Part shown: positions 37,519 to 46,747 of the stretch, in pieces
Numbering within the stretch: the stretch's first letter is position 1
Layout of the letters: every line of letters starts with the position of its first letter
Assembly: GCA_964450385.1 (NCBI GenBank)
Contig: CAYVEC010000013.1
Coordinates: 1-49,172, forward strand
Source: an uncultured Planctomycetales bacterium
GTDB taxonomy: Bacteria; Omnitrophota; Gorgyraeia; Zapsychrales; JANLHA01
DNA length: 49,172 bases
Reading direction: 5' to 3'
Translations under genes and position numbers: made by a program
The notes under the pieces: generated by a model
What the model was told of the DNA's origin: nothing
Seen by the model: only the letters and a program-made list of their open reading frames with translations
Database searches by the model: none

Positions 37519-38745
37519 CTAAAGAAAGAGCTGAACCGCCCGTTTCACCGAGCGCACAAAGACCTCAATTTCGTCAATCGTATTATAAAAAGCAAACGAC
37601 GCCCGTGATGTTGCGGGGATATTAAAATGGGCCATGACCGGCTGGGTGCAGTGATGCCCGGTCCGGAGGGCCACCCCATCCTGATCGACCAGGGTCCCCA
37701 AATCATGGGGATGGATCCCGGGAATAACAAAAGAGAGGATCGCGGCCTTCTCCGGTGCGGTCCCGATGACCCGCGCGTCCGGGACCTCAGCGCAGAGCCG
37801 TTCAGTCGCTCGCGCGAGAAGACCCTGCTCATGCGCCGTGATCGCATCGAATCCGATCGAGCCCGCATACTGCAGGGCCTCAGCGAGACCGATAACGCCC
37901 GCGATATTCGGTGTCCCAGCCTCAAACCGATGCGGTACAACCGCGTACTCGGTGCGTTCAAAGGTGACCGAGGCGATCATGTCCCCGCCGCCCTGATACG
38001 GCGGCAGCCGCTCCAAGACCGCGGCCTTGCCATAGAGGACCCCCGTCCCGGTTGGACCAAAGACCTTATGCCCCGAGAACACCAAGAAATCACAATCCAG
38101 GTCCTGAACATCCACCGGCCGATGATTGACCGCCTGGGCCGCGTCAATGAGGACGAGAGCGCCCTGGCGATGGGCCAGATCGATCACCGCCTTGACCGGG
38201 TTCACGGTCCCGAGCGAATTCGAGACATAAACAAGCCCCACGACCTTTGTCCGCGCGGTCATCATCCGCCGGGCCGCCTCCATGTCAAGCTCCCCGGCGT
38301 CATTCATCGGGATCACGCGCACGGCCGCGCCAGCGCGTTCGGCCGCTAACTGCCAGGGAACGATATTCGAATGATGCTCCATCTCCGAAATGAGGATCTC
38401 GTCACCCGGGCCGAGGACCGACTGGGCCAGACCGTGAGCCACAAGATTGATCGATTCGGTCGCGCCACGCGTAAACACGATCTCGTTCATGGACCGGGCG
38501 TGGATAAAATCGCAGACGGTCTGCCGCGCCGCCTCATACCGGGCTGTGGCCTCTTCACTTAGCGTATGGACCCCGCGGTGGATGTTCGCCGTGTACTCAC
38601 GATAATAGCCAATCTCAGCGCTGATAACGGATTCGGGTTTTAAGGTCGTCGCCGCGTTATCAAAATACACAAGCGGCCGGCCGGCCACGAGACGCCGGAG
38701 CACCGGAAAATCCACGCGGATCTTATCAATCACAAAAGGTCTCAT
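37519..38745 (-). CDS. sufS: Cysteine desulfurase, group II
   Basis: YFDNAATT, NIHRGVH, EHHSN.VPWQ, SGHK.FGPTG, EAGTP, RTGHHCTQP. Confidence 0.97.
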   Translation of the reverse strand: MRPFVIDKIRVDFPVLRRLVAGRPLVYFDNAATTLKPESVISAEIGYYREYTANIHRGVHTLSEEATARYEAARQTVCDFIHARSMNEIVFTRGATESINLVAHGLAQSVLGPGDEILISEMEHHSNIVPWQLAAERAGAAVRVIPMNDAGELDMEAARRMMTARTKVVGLVYVSNSLGTVNPVKAVIDLAHRQGALVLIDAAQAVNHRPVDVQDLDCDFLVFSGHKVFGPTGTGVLYGKAAVLERLPPYQGGGDMIASVTFERTEYAVVPHRFEAGTPNIAGVIGLAEALQYAGSIGFDAITAHEQGLLARATERLCAEVPDARVIGTAPEKAAILSFVIPGIHPHDLGTLVDQDGVALRTGHHCTQPVMAHFNIPATSRASFAFYNTIDEIEVFVRSVKRAVQLFL

Positions 38746-40056
38746 TTAGATCATCCCCTGAATCTTCCGCGCCAGACCGGTCTCAAAATACTTCCGGAGA
38801 TCCGGCTGCGCGATCTCGGTTAATATATTCGTTCCGAACCCCTCGACCAGGAGCCGGGCGCTCTCCCGCGGCGAGAGCCCGCGCGAGCGCAAATAGAAGA
38901 GCTGCTCCTCGGCAATCTGACCGACCGTGGCCCCGTGGCTGCACTTGACATCATCGGCCTCGATGATCAGTTCCGGCGTCGTGTTCACCCGCGCCTGCTC
39001 GCCCAATAAAATATTCCGGTTCATCTGATACGCCTCGGTCCCGGCGGCCGGCGGACTGACACGGATCCGTCCGTTAAAGACCCCGTGCCCAGAGCCGGCG
39101 ATGATCCCCCGATATTCCTGGTGGCTAGCACATTCGCGGACCGGATGATGGACCACCGGCCGGTGATGGATGATCTGCCGCGCGCCCGCGCAATACACCC
39201 CGTTCAGGACCGCCCGGGCATGCGCGCCCCGGAGATGCACGTCAAGGTCATACCGTGTAAGGGCGCTCTCGCCGATGCTCATGGCCAAACTCTTAAGACT
39301 CGCCCCTTCCAAAGCCGCGACCCGGGTCATCGCCATCCCGTACGAGCGTTCACCATCCTGGGTCAGGCGCGCGTATTCAAGCCGGGCCTCCTCATGGAGG
39401 AGGATCTCCGTGAGCGGGGCGTGGACCGCCGAGGCCCCTCCGTCGAGTCCACGATGGGTCTCAAGGACCGCTGCCGATGACCGCGGCCCCATGATAAGCA
39501 AGACCCGCGGCAGGGTGAGCCGGTCCGGGCCCTGATGGGTCGTCAGGTGAACAAGGTGAATGAGCGGCGCGACCGCGACATCCGCTGCCACATCGATCAC
39601 GACCCCGCTCGAAAAAAAAGCCCGGTTCATCAGTGAAAAAAAGGCGTCCTCGGCGTGATCAAAATGACGCAGGGCATTCTGGACCTGGTCCGGGCATTCG
39701 CGGCAGGCCGCTGACCACGAGAGGACCTTAAGGGCCTTGAATGGGGTCGATAAATTCCGGTAGATCTCAACAAGTTCCCCATCAACGAATAATATCGTGA
39801 ATTCCCGGGTCGAGAGCCCGGCAGAGCGTTCGATATGCCCCCGATCAACATGACCGATCGACGTCAACGCAAAACGGCCGGCCTGGATCGGGGATAGGGG
39901 CGTGAACCTCCAACCTTCCTCCTTCATCGACGGAAGAGCCGCCGTCTCAAAACGCCGCCGCGCCTGACCACGCAAGGCCTCCATCCACCCGGCAGCCGTT
40001 GCCTCAGGCTCGGGCAGGAAAAAAATGTTGTGGTAGACACGGGTCTGCTCTGTCAT
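38746..40056 (-). CDS. sufD: Fe-S cluster assembly protein SufD
   Basis: EGWRFT, VFNGRI.V, PELIIEADDVKCSHGATVG, LFYLRSRG. Confidence 0.95.
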   Translation of the reverse strand: MTEQTRVYHNIFFLPEPEATAAGWMEALRGQARRRFETAALPSMKEEGWRFTPLSPIQAGRFALTSIGHVDRGHIERSAGLSTREFTILFVDGELVEIYRNLSTPFKALKVLSWSAACRECPDQVQNALRHFDHAEDAFFSLMNRAFFSSGVVIDVAADVAVAPLIHLVHLTTHQGPDRLTLPRVLLIMGPRSSAAVLETHRGLDGGASAVHAPLTEILLHEEARLEYARLTQDGERSYGMAMTRVAALEGASLKSLAMSIGESALTRYDLDVHLRGAHARAVLNGVYCAGARQIIHHRPVVHHPVRECASHQEYRGIIAGSGHGVFNGRIRVSPPAAGTEAYQMNRNILLGEQARVNTTPELIIEADDVKCSHGATVGQIAEEQLFYLRSRGLSPRESARLLVEGFGTNILTEIAQPDLRKYFETGLARKIQGMI

Positions 40057-40057
40057 C

Positions 40058-40807
40058 TTATTTCAACCAATCATATCCCTTGTCCTCAACCTCAAGAGCG
40101 AGCTCCTTGCCGCCCGAGGAGACGATCCGGCCATCCTGAAGGATATGGACCCGGTCCGGAACGATATAATTCAAAAGCCGCTGATAATGCGTGATGACGA
40201 CAAAGGCGTTCCGCGGCGACCTCAGGGCGTTGACCCCATTGGCCACGATCCGCATCGAATCGACATCCAGGCCCGAATCGGTCTCGTCAAGCACCGCGAG
40301 CCGCGGATTCAGGACCGCCATCTGAAGGACCTCATTGCGCTTCTTCTCCCCACCGGAAAAATCAACGTTCACGGCGCGGTTGATGAATTTGTCATCCATA
40401 TCGAGGACCCGCATTTTTTCGTGGACATAGACATCAAAGTCCAGTGGGTCCATCCCCTCGACCCCCTGATGGTCGCAGGCCGCGTTATAGGCCGCCCGGA
40501 GGAACATCGAGGTGTTCACCCCAGGGATCTCCACCGGATATTGAAAGGCCATGAAGATGCCCTCACAGGCCCGCCGCTCCGGGGGCCATTCAAGAATATT
40601 GGTCATCTGGCCGCCGACCATGAACAGGATCTCCCCATCGGTGATCTCATAGGCCGGATGTCCGGCAATGATCTTCGACAGGGTGCTCTTGCCCGAACCG
40701 TTGGGCCCCATGATCGCGTGGACCTCACCCGGGCCGACCACGAGGTCGACGCCTTTAAGGATCTCATGGCCCTCGACGCGGGCATGCAAATGACGGATCT
40801 CGAACAT
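40058..40807 (-). CDS. sufC: Fe-S cluster assembly ATPase SufC
   Basis: MGPNGSGKST, FQYPVEIPGV, FSGGEKKRNE, LDETDSGLD, ITHYQRLL; AGAGG RBS before ATG 40807. Confidence 0.97.
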   Translation of the reverse strand: MFEIRHLHARVEGHEILKGVDLVVGPGEVHAIMGPNGSGKSTLSKIIAGHPAYEITDGEILFMVGGQMTNILEWPPERRACEGIFMAFQYPVEIPGVNTSMFLRAAYNAACDHQGVEGMDPLDFDVYVHEKMRVLDMDDKFINRAVNVDFSGGEKKRNEVLQMAVLNPRLAVLDETDSGLDVDSMRIVANGVNALRSPRNAFVVITHYQRLLNYIVPDRVHILQDGRIVSSGGKELALEVEDKGYDWLK

Positions 40808-40826
40808 AACGATTCCTCTCTTGTGC

Positions 40827-42293
40827 CTATCCCACACTGTGCTCGAGCTTCATCTCGAGCAGCCGGACCGCCTCAACGGCGAATTCCATGGGGAGTTTCG
40901 TGAACACCTCTTTACAGAACCCGTTAATGATGAGCGACACGGAGTGCTCGGCATCCAGGCCCCGCGACCGCAAATAAAAGATTTGGTCCTCGCTGATCTT
41001 CGACGTCGAGGCCTCATGCTCCGTCACCGCGCTCGGATGACGGATATCGATCACCGGAAAGGTGTTCGCCCGGCACCGGTTACCCACGAGCATCGAATCG
41101 CACTGAGAAAAATTCCTCGCCCGTTCCGCCGACGGAAGCACCTTGACCAGGCCCCGATAGGTATTGCTCGACTCATCCGTTGATATCCCCTTGGAAATGA
41201 TCCGGCTCCGGGTATCTTTCCCGATATGGATCATCTTGGTCCCGGTGTCTGCCTGCATCCGATGGTTCGTGAGCGCTACCGAATAGAACTCCCCGATCGA
41301 ATGATCACCCTCAAGCACCGTACTCGGATATTTCCAGGTAATGGCTGACCCCGCCTCGACCTGGGTCCAGGAGATCTTGGAATTGGCCCCCTGACAGCGG
41401 CCCCTTTTCGTGACGAAATTATAGATCCCGCCCCGGCCCTCGGGATCTCCGGCATACCAGTTCTGGACCGTGGAATACTTGATCTCGGCGCGCTCCAAGG
41501 CCACAAGCTCGACCACCGCGGCATGAAGCTGATTCTCATCGCGCATCGGCGCCGTACACCCTTCCAAATACGAAACATAGCTCGCCTCGTCGGCCACGAT
41601 CAGGGTCCGCTCAAACTGACCGCTCTGCGCCGCGTTGATCCTGAAATAGGTCGACAGGTCCATCGGGCAGCGCACCCCTTTGGGGATATAACAAAACGAC
41701 CCATCGGAGAACACAGCCGAATTCAAGGCCGCGAAAAAATTATCCGCGCGGGGCACCACCGAGCCCAAGTGCTGCCGCACAATGTCCGGATACCGCTGGA
41801 TCGCCTCAGACATCGAACAAAAGATGATGCCCTGCGCGGCCAGGATCTCCTGGTGCGTGGTCCCGATCGAGACGCTGTCAAAGACCGCGTCGACCGCAAC
41901 ACCCGCGAGCCGTTTCTGCTCGGTGAGCGGCACGCCCAGCCGCGTAAAGGTCTCGAGGATCTCCGAATCAACCTCGTCAAGCGACGCCGGGACCTTCTTC
42001 GGCGCCGTGTAATAACAGATCTCCTGATAATCGATCGTTGGGTATGCGAGACGCGCCCAGTGCGGTTCGGTCATGGTCTGCCAGGTCCGGAAGGCCTCAA
42101 GCCGCCACGCGAGCATCCACTCCGGCTCGTTCTTCTTCCGTGAAATAAGACGGACCGTCTCCTCGCTCAGGCCCTTCGGGATCGATTCGCTCTCGGTCTC
42201 GGTCACAAAGCCGTAACGGTACTCCCCCTGGCCCCAACCCGCCGGACCAGAGGTCATCTTTTCCGATGACGGCTGTTCTGGAACGTTAGTCAT
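40827..42293 (-). CDS. sufB: Fe-S cluster assembly protein SufB
   Basis: [62 protein letters not shown]. The track starts at GTG 42302. Confidence 0.98.
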   Translation of the reverse strand: MTNVPEQPSSEKMTSGPAGWGQGEYRYGFVTETESESIPKGLSEETVRLISRKKNEPEWMLAWRLEAFRTWQTMTEPHWARLAYPTIDYQEICYYTAPKKVPASLDEVDSEILETFTRLGVPLTEQKRLAGVAVDAVFDSVSIGTTHQEILAAQGIIFCSMSEAIQRYPDIVRQHLGSVVPRADNFFAALNSAVFSDGSFCYIPKGVRCPMDLSTYFRINAAQSGQFERTLIVADEASYVSYLEGCTAPMRDENQLHAAVVELVALERAEIKYSTVQNWYAGDPEGRGGIYNFVTKRGRCQGANSKISWTQVEAGSAITWKYPSTVLEGDHSIGEFYSVALTNHRMQADTGTKMIHIGKDTRSRIISKGISTDESSNTYRGLVKVLPSAERARNFSQCDSMLVGNRCRANTFPVIDIRHPSAVTEHEASTSKISEDQIFYLRSRGLDAEHSVSLIINGFCKEVFTKLPMEFAVEAVRLLEMKLEHSVG

Positions 42294-42765
42294 CCGCCTC
42301 ACCGCCTTCTGCCCCGCCGTCCCCTTCAGCCGGACACGCCTGCGGCCGCTGCCGCGCCCTGCCTGTCACAAGAGATGCCACCGTGATCTCGGCGAGAAAA
42401 TTCTTGACCTGTTCATTCAATGACAGCAACGGACTGATCACCCCGCAGGTCTCCATGGCCTTACAGCTGAGCGGCCGGCCGGTCAAACAGCTCGTGATCC
42501 GCACCGGACCGAGGAGAATATCATTCAGATCCTTAAGGGAGATCCGGGTGATGTCCCGGATCAGCTGATAACCCCCGTGCGCGCCCTGCTCGGCGTGTAG
42601 GATCCCATGCTGGGCAAGAATCTGGAGGACCCTCGCCGTCGGGTCGAACGGGATCTTATACGCGTCGCAGACCTCCTTCGCCGAGGTGCGCTCCCCCGGG
42701 GTCTTAACGCTCATATGCTTTAAGGCAAGCAAGGCGTACCCGATTTTTTTATTCACCTTGAACAT
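42286..42765 (-). CDS. Rrf2 family transcriptional regulator (suf regulator)
   Basis: [29 protein letters not shown]; Cys cluster C-x7-C-x5-C. Confidence 0.9.
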   Translation of the reverse strand: MFKVNKKIGYALLALKHMSVKTPGERTSAKEVCDAYKIPFDPTARVLQILAQHGILHAEQGAHGGYQLIRDITRISLKDLNDILLGPVRITSCLTGRPLSCKAMETCGVISPLLSLNEQVKNFLAEITVASLVTGRARQRPQACPAEGDGGAEGGEADD

Positions 42766-42767
42766 GG

Positions 42768-43316
42768 CTAGGCCGGCATGACCGTGATCTCAGGGTCGAA
42801 CTGTTCTCGAAGCACCCCCTCGATGAGCTGAAGGGTCCCGAAGGTCGCCGACGGGCAACACCCGCAGGCCCCCTGATAATGGATCCGAAGCATCTTTTGA
42901 TGATAGTCAATGATCTCGAGATCCCCGCCGTGCATCTGCAGGGCCGGGCGGATCGTCTGGTCAATGATCGTCTCGATCTTTTTAAGGTCCTCGCCGTCGG
43001 CACCTTGTGGGACGGGCCTGCCCGGAACCTTGAAATCCGGACTGTGGTAGGCCACCCCAACGGTAAGCTCGCGCTTAACGTCCCGTTCGAGCTCCTCCCA
43101 ATCCGCGCCGCCGTCCTGGGTGACCGTGACAAAATTCGCGGCCAAGGACACCTCGGTAACGTGCGGAAGCGACATCACCCGGCGGACAAGCTCAAGGTCG
43201 CCGGCCTCATCCAGGCTTTTGAAGACCGCGCGGCCCTCGGTCTTGATCACCCGGTCAATGATGAATTTTACGGTATTCGGATTTGGCGTGTTCTGCGAAA
43301 AAACATTAATGGACAT
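42768..43316 (-). CDS. Nfu/NifU family Fe-S scaffold-carrier (Nfu N-terminal domain plus NifU C-terminal domain)
   Basis: TPNPNTVKF, NFVTVT, IRPALQMHGGD, YQGACGCCPSA..TL. ATG 43316 follows AGAGGGG. Confidence 0.92.
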   Translation of the reverse strand: MSINVFSQNTPNPNTVKFIIDRVIKTEGRAVFKSLDEAGDLELVRRVMSLPHVTEVSLAANFVTVTQDGGADWEELERDVKRELTVGVAYHSPDFKVPGRPVPQGADGEDLKKIETIIDQTIRPALQMHGGDLEIIDYHQKMLRIHYQGACGCCPSATFGTLQLIEGVLREQFDPEITVMPA

Positions 43317-43408
43317 ACCCGGTTCCCCTCTCTGTGCGTCCTCATTCCGGCAATTTCGAAATAAGTACTTTGTTTTATAACGCATTTATACGATGATTTA
43401 TAATGAAT

Positions 43409-43436
43409 ATTTTATCCAATATCTCTTTTCTGTCAA
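43409..43436 (-). promoter_or_regulatory. Sigma70-type promoter of the suf operon
   Basis: TTGACA(43436-43431)-N16-TAAAAT(43414-43409) in a very AT-rich gap. Confidence 0.75.
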
Positions 43437-43473
43437 TAAATACTTCTAAACTCGCCTTAGTTCGGCCCCGCGC

Positions 43474-44673
43474 TCACGCCCGGGCCAAAAAGGTCGTATA
43501 GATGTAATCCGCGAAGGGAAAGGCACAGGTGAAGGCCGGTGAGACCGCGTTAAGAATGTGGACAGACCCCGGCGTGGCCTCAACGACAAAATCCTGAACC
43601 AGACATCCGTTGGGGATGTCGAGGAGCTGGGCCCGGATCCCGGGCGGGGTATAATCACCGAACCCCTCAGGGTCGATCCCGGGGATCATCTGCTGAGCGA
43701 GCGAAATAAAATAGCGCCGCCCATACTTCCGGATCTCCTCAAACGCCAGGTCACGGAAATGAAAGGCATTGGTCAGAAAAAGCCGTGCCTCATGCGTCAG
43801 GATCTCGGCGGCCTCACCCACGCGGAAGCCCGAGACCCCGGCGTAATTCTCCCGCCAAAAGGCCGGGATCGCCGTGGGCCCGATCTTGATATGGTCATCC
43901 ACGGTCTTGGTAAAATGGACGCCGAGGAATGGGTTATTTAAATTCGGCACCGGATAGACATTGATCCGCACATCTGTCGTGTTCTTGGCGTATTTTAGAT
44001 ATAGGCCCTTAAACGGGATCATCGTATACCGCCGCGCCAGGCCGACATCCCTCGCCACCCGGTCGGCATAAAGCCCGGCGCAGTTGATCATCGTTCCGGC
44101 GGAGAATTCACCCGCGGTCGTCTCGATGACCCCGTCCCGCGCTCCGATATAGCGCGCGTTAAAACAGAACACCACCCCGGCAGTCTTCAGGTTCTCATAG
44201 ATCGCCTCGCAGACCCGGAGCGGGTCCAGACTGGCCGTGTCCGGCGAATACAGGGCCTCGCGGAAGGTCCGCACCCCAGGCTCAATCTCCCGGGCCTCGG
44301 CCTCTGAGATGAGCGAGACCCGGCTGCCGTTCTTCATCCCCCGCTCAAAAAGGACATGGAGCTGACATCGCTCCGCCTCATCCTGGGCCACGACGAGCTT
44401 GCCGCAGGCGTTGACAGGGATCCCGCGCTCCGCGCAAAACCGCTTCATCGCCTGATTCCCAGCCACGGTGAAGCGCGCCTTAAAACTATCAGCGGTGTAA
44501 TAGAACCCCGCGTGGAGGATCCCGCTGTTCCGGCCCGAGGCATGGGCCCCGACCCGGGCCTCTTTCTCGATCACCGCGATCCGCTCCGCGGGAACCACCT
44601 CGGCGAGCCGGCGGGCGAGGCTGAGCCCTACGATACCCGCGCCAATGATCACATAATCATAATGTTTAGTCAT
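43474..44673 (-). CDS. lhgO: L-2-hydroxyglutarate oxidase (LhgO) family FAD-dependent oxidoreductase
   Basis: IIGAGIVG, EKE..VG.HASGRNSG.LHAG.YY, NCAGLYAD, PNL.NPFLGVH, GIRAQ, NAVSPAFT. Substrate is not proven. Confidence 0.82.
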   Translation of the reverse strand: MTKHYDYVIIGAGIVGLSLARRLAEVVPAERIAVIEKEARVGAHASGRNSGILHAGFYYTADSFKARFTVAGNQAMKRFCAERGIPVNACGKLVVAQDEAERCQLHVLFERGMKNGSRVSLISEAEAREIEPGVRTFREALYSPDTASLDPLRVCEAIYENLKTAGVVFCFNARYIGARDGVIETTAGEFSAGTMINCAGLYADRVARDVGLARRYTMIPFKGLYLKYAKNTTDVRINVYPVPNLNNPFLGVHFTKTVDDHIKIGPTAIPAFWRENYAGVSGFRVGEAAEILTHEARLFLTNAFHFRDLAFEEIRKYGRRYFISLAQQMIPGIDPEGFGDYTPPGIRAQLLDIPNGCLVQDFVVEATPGSVHILNAVSPAFTCAFPFADYIYTTFLARA

Positions 44674-44742
44674 ACGAACGATGGAGTTAATGGTTTGAAA
44701 GATCCCCGCAGGTCATGAACCCGGCAGGAACGATCGTCCCCC

Positions 44743-44922
44743 TTAACCGAAAAAACGGTCGCCCTGCGCCCACTGGCTCCCGGGGACCTCGTCGATCACG
44801 AGATACGTGTGCTCTTTCGGCTTATGGGCCACGCGCTCGAGGGTATCACTGAATTCCCGGGCGATCTGGGCCTTTTGCTCGCGGGTCAGTGTTCCAACGA
44901 GCTTTAGATTGATATACGGCAT
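44743..44922 (-). CDS. 4-oxalocrotonate tautomerase family protein (59 aa)
   Basis: N-terminal Met-Pro, PYINLKLVG..T.EQK, VIDEV...W; AAGGAG RBS overlaps the metW stop. Confidence 0.9.
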   Translation of the reverse strand: MPYINLKLVGTLTREQKAQIAREFSDTLERVAHKPKEHTYLVIDEVPGSQWAQGDRFFG

Positions 44923-44932
44923 CGCTCTCTCC

Positions 44933-45538
44933 TTATGGTTTCTGAAGGACAAAGATCCCGAGCGTGGCAAAAAGGTTCGGCAGGAACGGGACCCGGCGTG
45001 TCACCCCGATCGCGACCTGCTGACAGATCCGTATTTTTTTATGGCGGCAAAACCGCCGAAAATCATGGAGACTGAAAAACCGGAGGTTCGGCGTGTTATA
45101 CCATTCATACGGCAGGCACTTGGTCTTGGGCACGCGGCCCTCAAAGAAGATCTGGACCCGCGCCTTCCAAAAACAAAAATTCGGCACGCCCACAATGACC
45201 TTTTTCCCGATCCTGAGGGCGTCGAGGATCACCTTCTCAGCATCGAGCACCTGCTGAAGGCTCTCGTTAAAGATCACATAATCAAATCTCTTGTCCGTAT
45301 AATGCTCGAGCTCGTCATTGATGTCCGCGTGCGACACCGTAAGCCCGCGCTCCATGCACTGGCAGACCGAGCGCTCGTCAAGCTCTATCCCTGATCCATG
45401 GCACCGTTTCTGCTGAATGAGACGGCTCAGCAATTCACCATCCCCGCAGCCGAGGTCCAGGATCCGCGACCCGGGCTCCACGATCCCGCAGATCACCTCA
45501 TAATCCGGACGCGCGACATCGTGTCCCTTCGTACTCAT
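44933..45538 (-). CDS. metW: Methionine biosynthesis protein MetW (methyltransferase fold)
   Basis: ILDLGCGDGELL, FDYVI..ESLQQV, PNF, LPYEWYNTPNLRFFS..DF; coupled to metX. Confidence 0.94.
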   Translation of the reverse strand: MSTKGHDVARPDYEVICGIVEPGSRILDLGCGDGELLSRLIQQKRCHGSGIELDERSVCQCMERGLTVSHADINDELEHYTDKRFDYVIFNESLQQVLDAEKVILDALRIGKKVIVGVPNFCFWKARVQIFFEGRVPKTKCLPYEWYNTPNLRFFSLHDFRRFCRHKKIRICQQVAIGVTRRVPFLPNLFATLGIFVLQKP

Positions 45539-46671
45539 GCCTGCTCCATCATCATGCGGTTAAGAAAATGCCGGACGACCTGATCCTGGCGGTCATTCTC
45601 GATCAAAAAGGCGTCATGGCCGTAATCCGAATCGATCACGATATTCGAGACGTCATGGTCATTGGCCTTAAGTGCCGTGACAAAGGTCTTGAGCTGATGC
45701 GACGGGTAGAGCCAGTCGGATGAGAATGAGATCACGAGGAATTTAGAATCCACGTGCTTCAGGGCCCGCGCTAGATTCCCTTCCTCTTCCTCAAGATCGA
45801 AATAATCAACGGCCTTCGTGATATACAGATACGAATTCGCGTCAAAACGATCCACGAAACTATCCCCCCGGTAACGGAGATAGTTCTGCACCTCAAAATC
45901 CATGGAAAAATCATAGCCGACCCGCTCCTTATCGATGAGCCGGCGTCCGAACTTTTCATCCATGGACTTTTCGCTCATGTAGGTGATGTGTCCGATCATC
46001 CGGGCCAGGGCGAGCCCCCGCCGGGGCAGGGTCTTTCCATAATAATCACCTCCGCACCAGTCGGGATCAGACATGATCGCCTGGCGGCCGACCTCATGCA
46101 AGGCGATCTGCTGGGCATTATGTCGGTAATTCGTCGCGATGATGATCGCGGACTGAACGATCTGGGGGTACAGGACCGCCCACTTCATGGCCTGGAGCCC
46201 GCCCATGGATCCGCCCGCAACCGACAGGAGCTGGGTGATCCCGAGATGGTCAAGAAGTCGCTTTTGAACCTCGACCATATCCTTGATCGTGATCACAGGA
46301 AAATTCAGGCCGTAGGGCCGGCCCGTCGCGGGATCGATCGAGGACGGTCCGGTCGTGCCCTGGCATCCGCCGAGCACGTTCGAAGAGATGATGAAATATT
46401 TGTCCGTGTCAAAGGCCTTGCCCGGACCGATCATAATGTCCCACCAGCCGGGTTTTTTGGCGCCCTCATGCCAACCCGCGGCATGGGCGTCGCCCGAGAG
46501 GGCGTGACAGATGAGAACCGCGTTCGATCGCGCGGCATTAAGCGTGCCGTAGGTCTCATAGGCGATCGTGATGGGGCCGAGACGCGCCCCGCTTTTCAAA
46601 ACTAATTCATCCGGAGGCTCACAGACCGTGACCGACTGCGTCGCGACGATCCCTAAACTCTGACTTTCCAT
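45535..46671 (-). CDS. metX: Homoserine O-acyltransferase, MetX family
   Basis: CHALSGD, GGSMGG (Ser), SDWLYP (Asp), YGHDAFL (His). Acetyl versus succinyl donor is not resolved. Confidence 0.97.
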   Translation of the reverse strand: MESQSLGIVATQSVTVCEPPDELVLKSGARLGPITIAYETYGTLNAARSNAVLICHALSGDAHAAGWHEGAKKPGWWDIMIGPGKAFDTDKYFIISSNVLGGCQGTTGPSSIDPATGRPYGLNFPVITIKDMVEVQKRLLDHLGITQLLSVAGGSMGGLQAMKWAVLYPQIVQSAIIIATNYRHNAQQIALHEVGRQAIMSDPDWCGGDYYGKTLPRRGLALARMIGHITYMSEKSMDEKFGRRLIDKERVGYDFSMDFEVQNYLRYRGDSFVDRFDANSYLYITKAVDYFDLEEEEGNLARALKHVDSKFLVISFSSDWLYPSHQLKTFVTALKANDHDVSNIVIDSDYGHDAFLIENDRQDQVVRHFLNRMMMEQA

Positions 46672-46709
46672 GGGCAGCCCTAAAAAATGGTGGTGTTAGA
46701 TACGGAAAA

Positions 46710-46738
46710 ATATTAACACATTTCATCCGGCCGTTCAA
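46710..46738 (-). promoter_or_regulatory. Sigma70-type promoter for metX-metW
   Basis: TTGAAC(46738-46733)-N17-TAATAT(46715-46710), with TGt extension. Confidence 0.65.
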
Positions 46739-46747
46739 CACGGAATC

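Noticed and set aside
40827-42293. Intein or insertion in SufB (also checked by length for UvrA)
   Set aside because: Lengths are typical and there are no splice-junction or LAGLIDADG motifs.
7977-43385. N-terminal extensions in the ORF track for nadX, leuB, acpP, ispG, sufC, nfu and the small hypothetical proteins
   Set aside because: The extensions run through promoter or RBS DNA or neighbouring genes; downstream starts have better RBS and match family N-termini.
43399-43417. Fur-box-like TATAATGAATATTTTATCC over the suf -10
   Set aside because: Only about 11-12 of 19 positions match, in very AT-rich DNA that includes the -10 itself.
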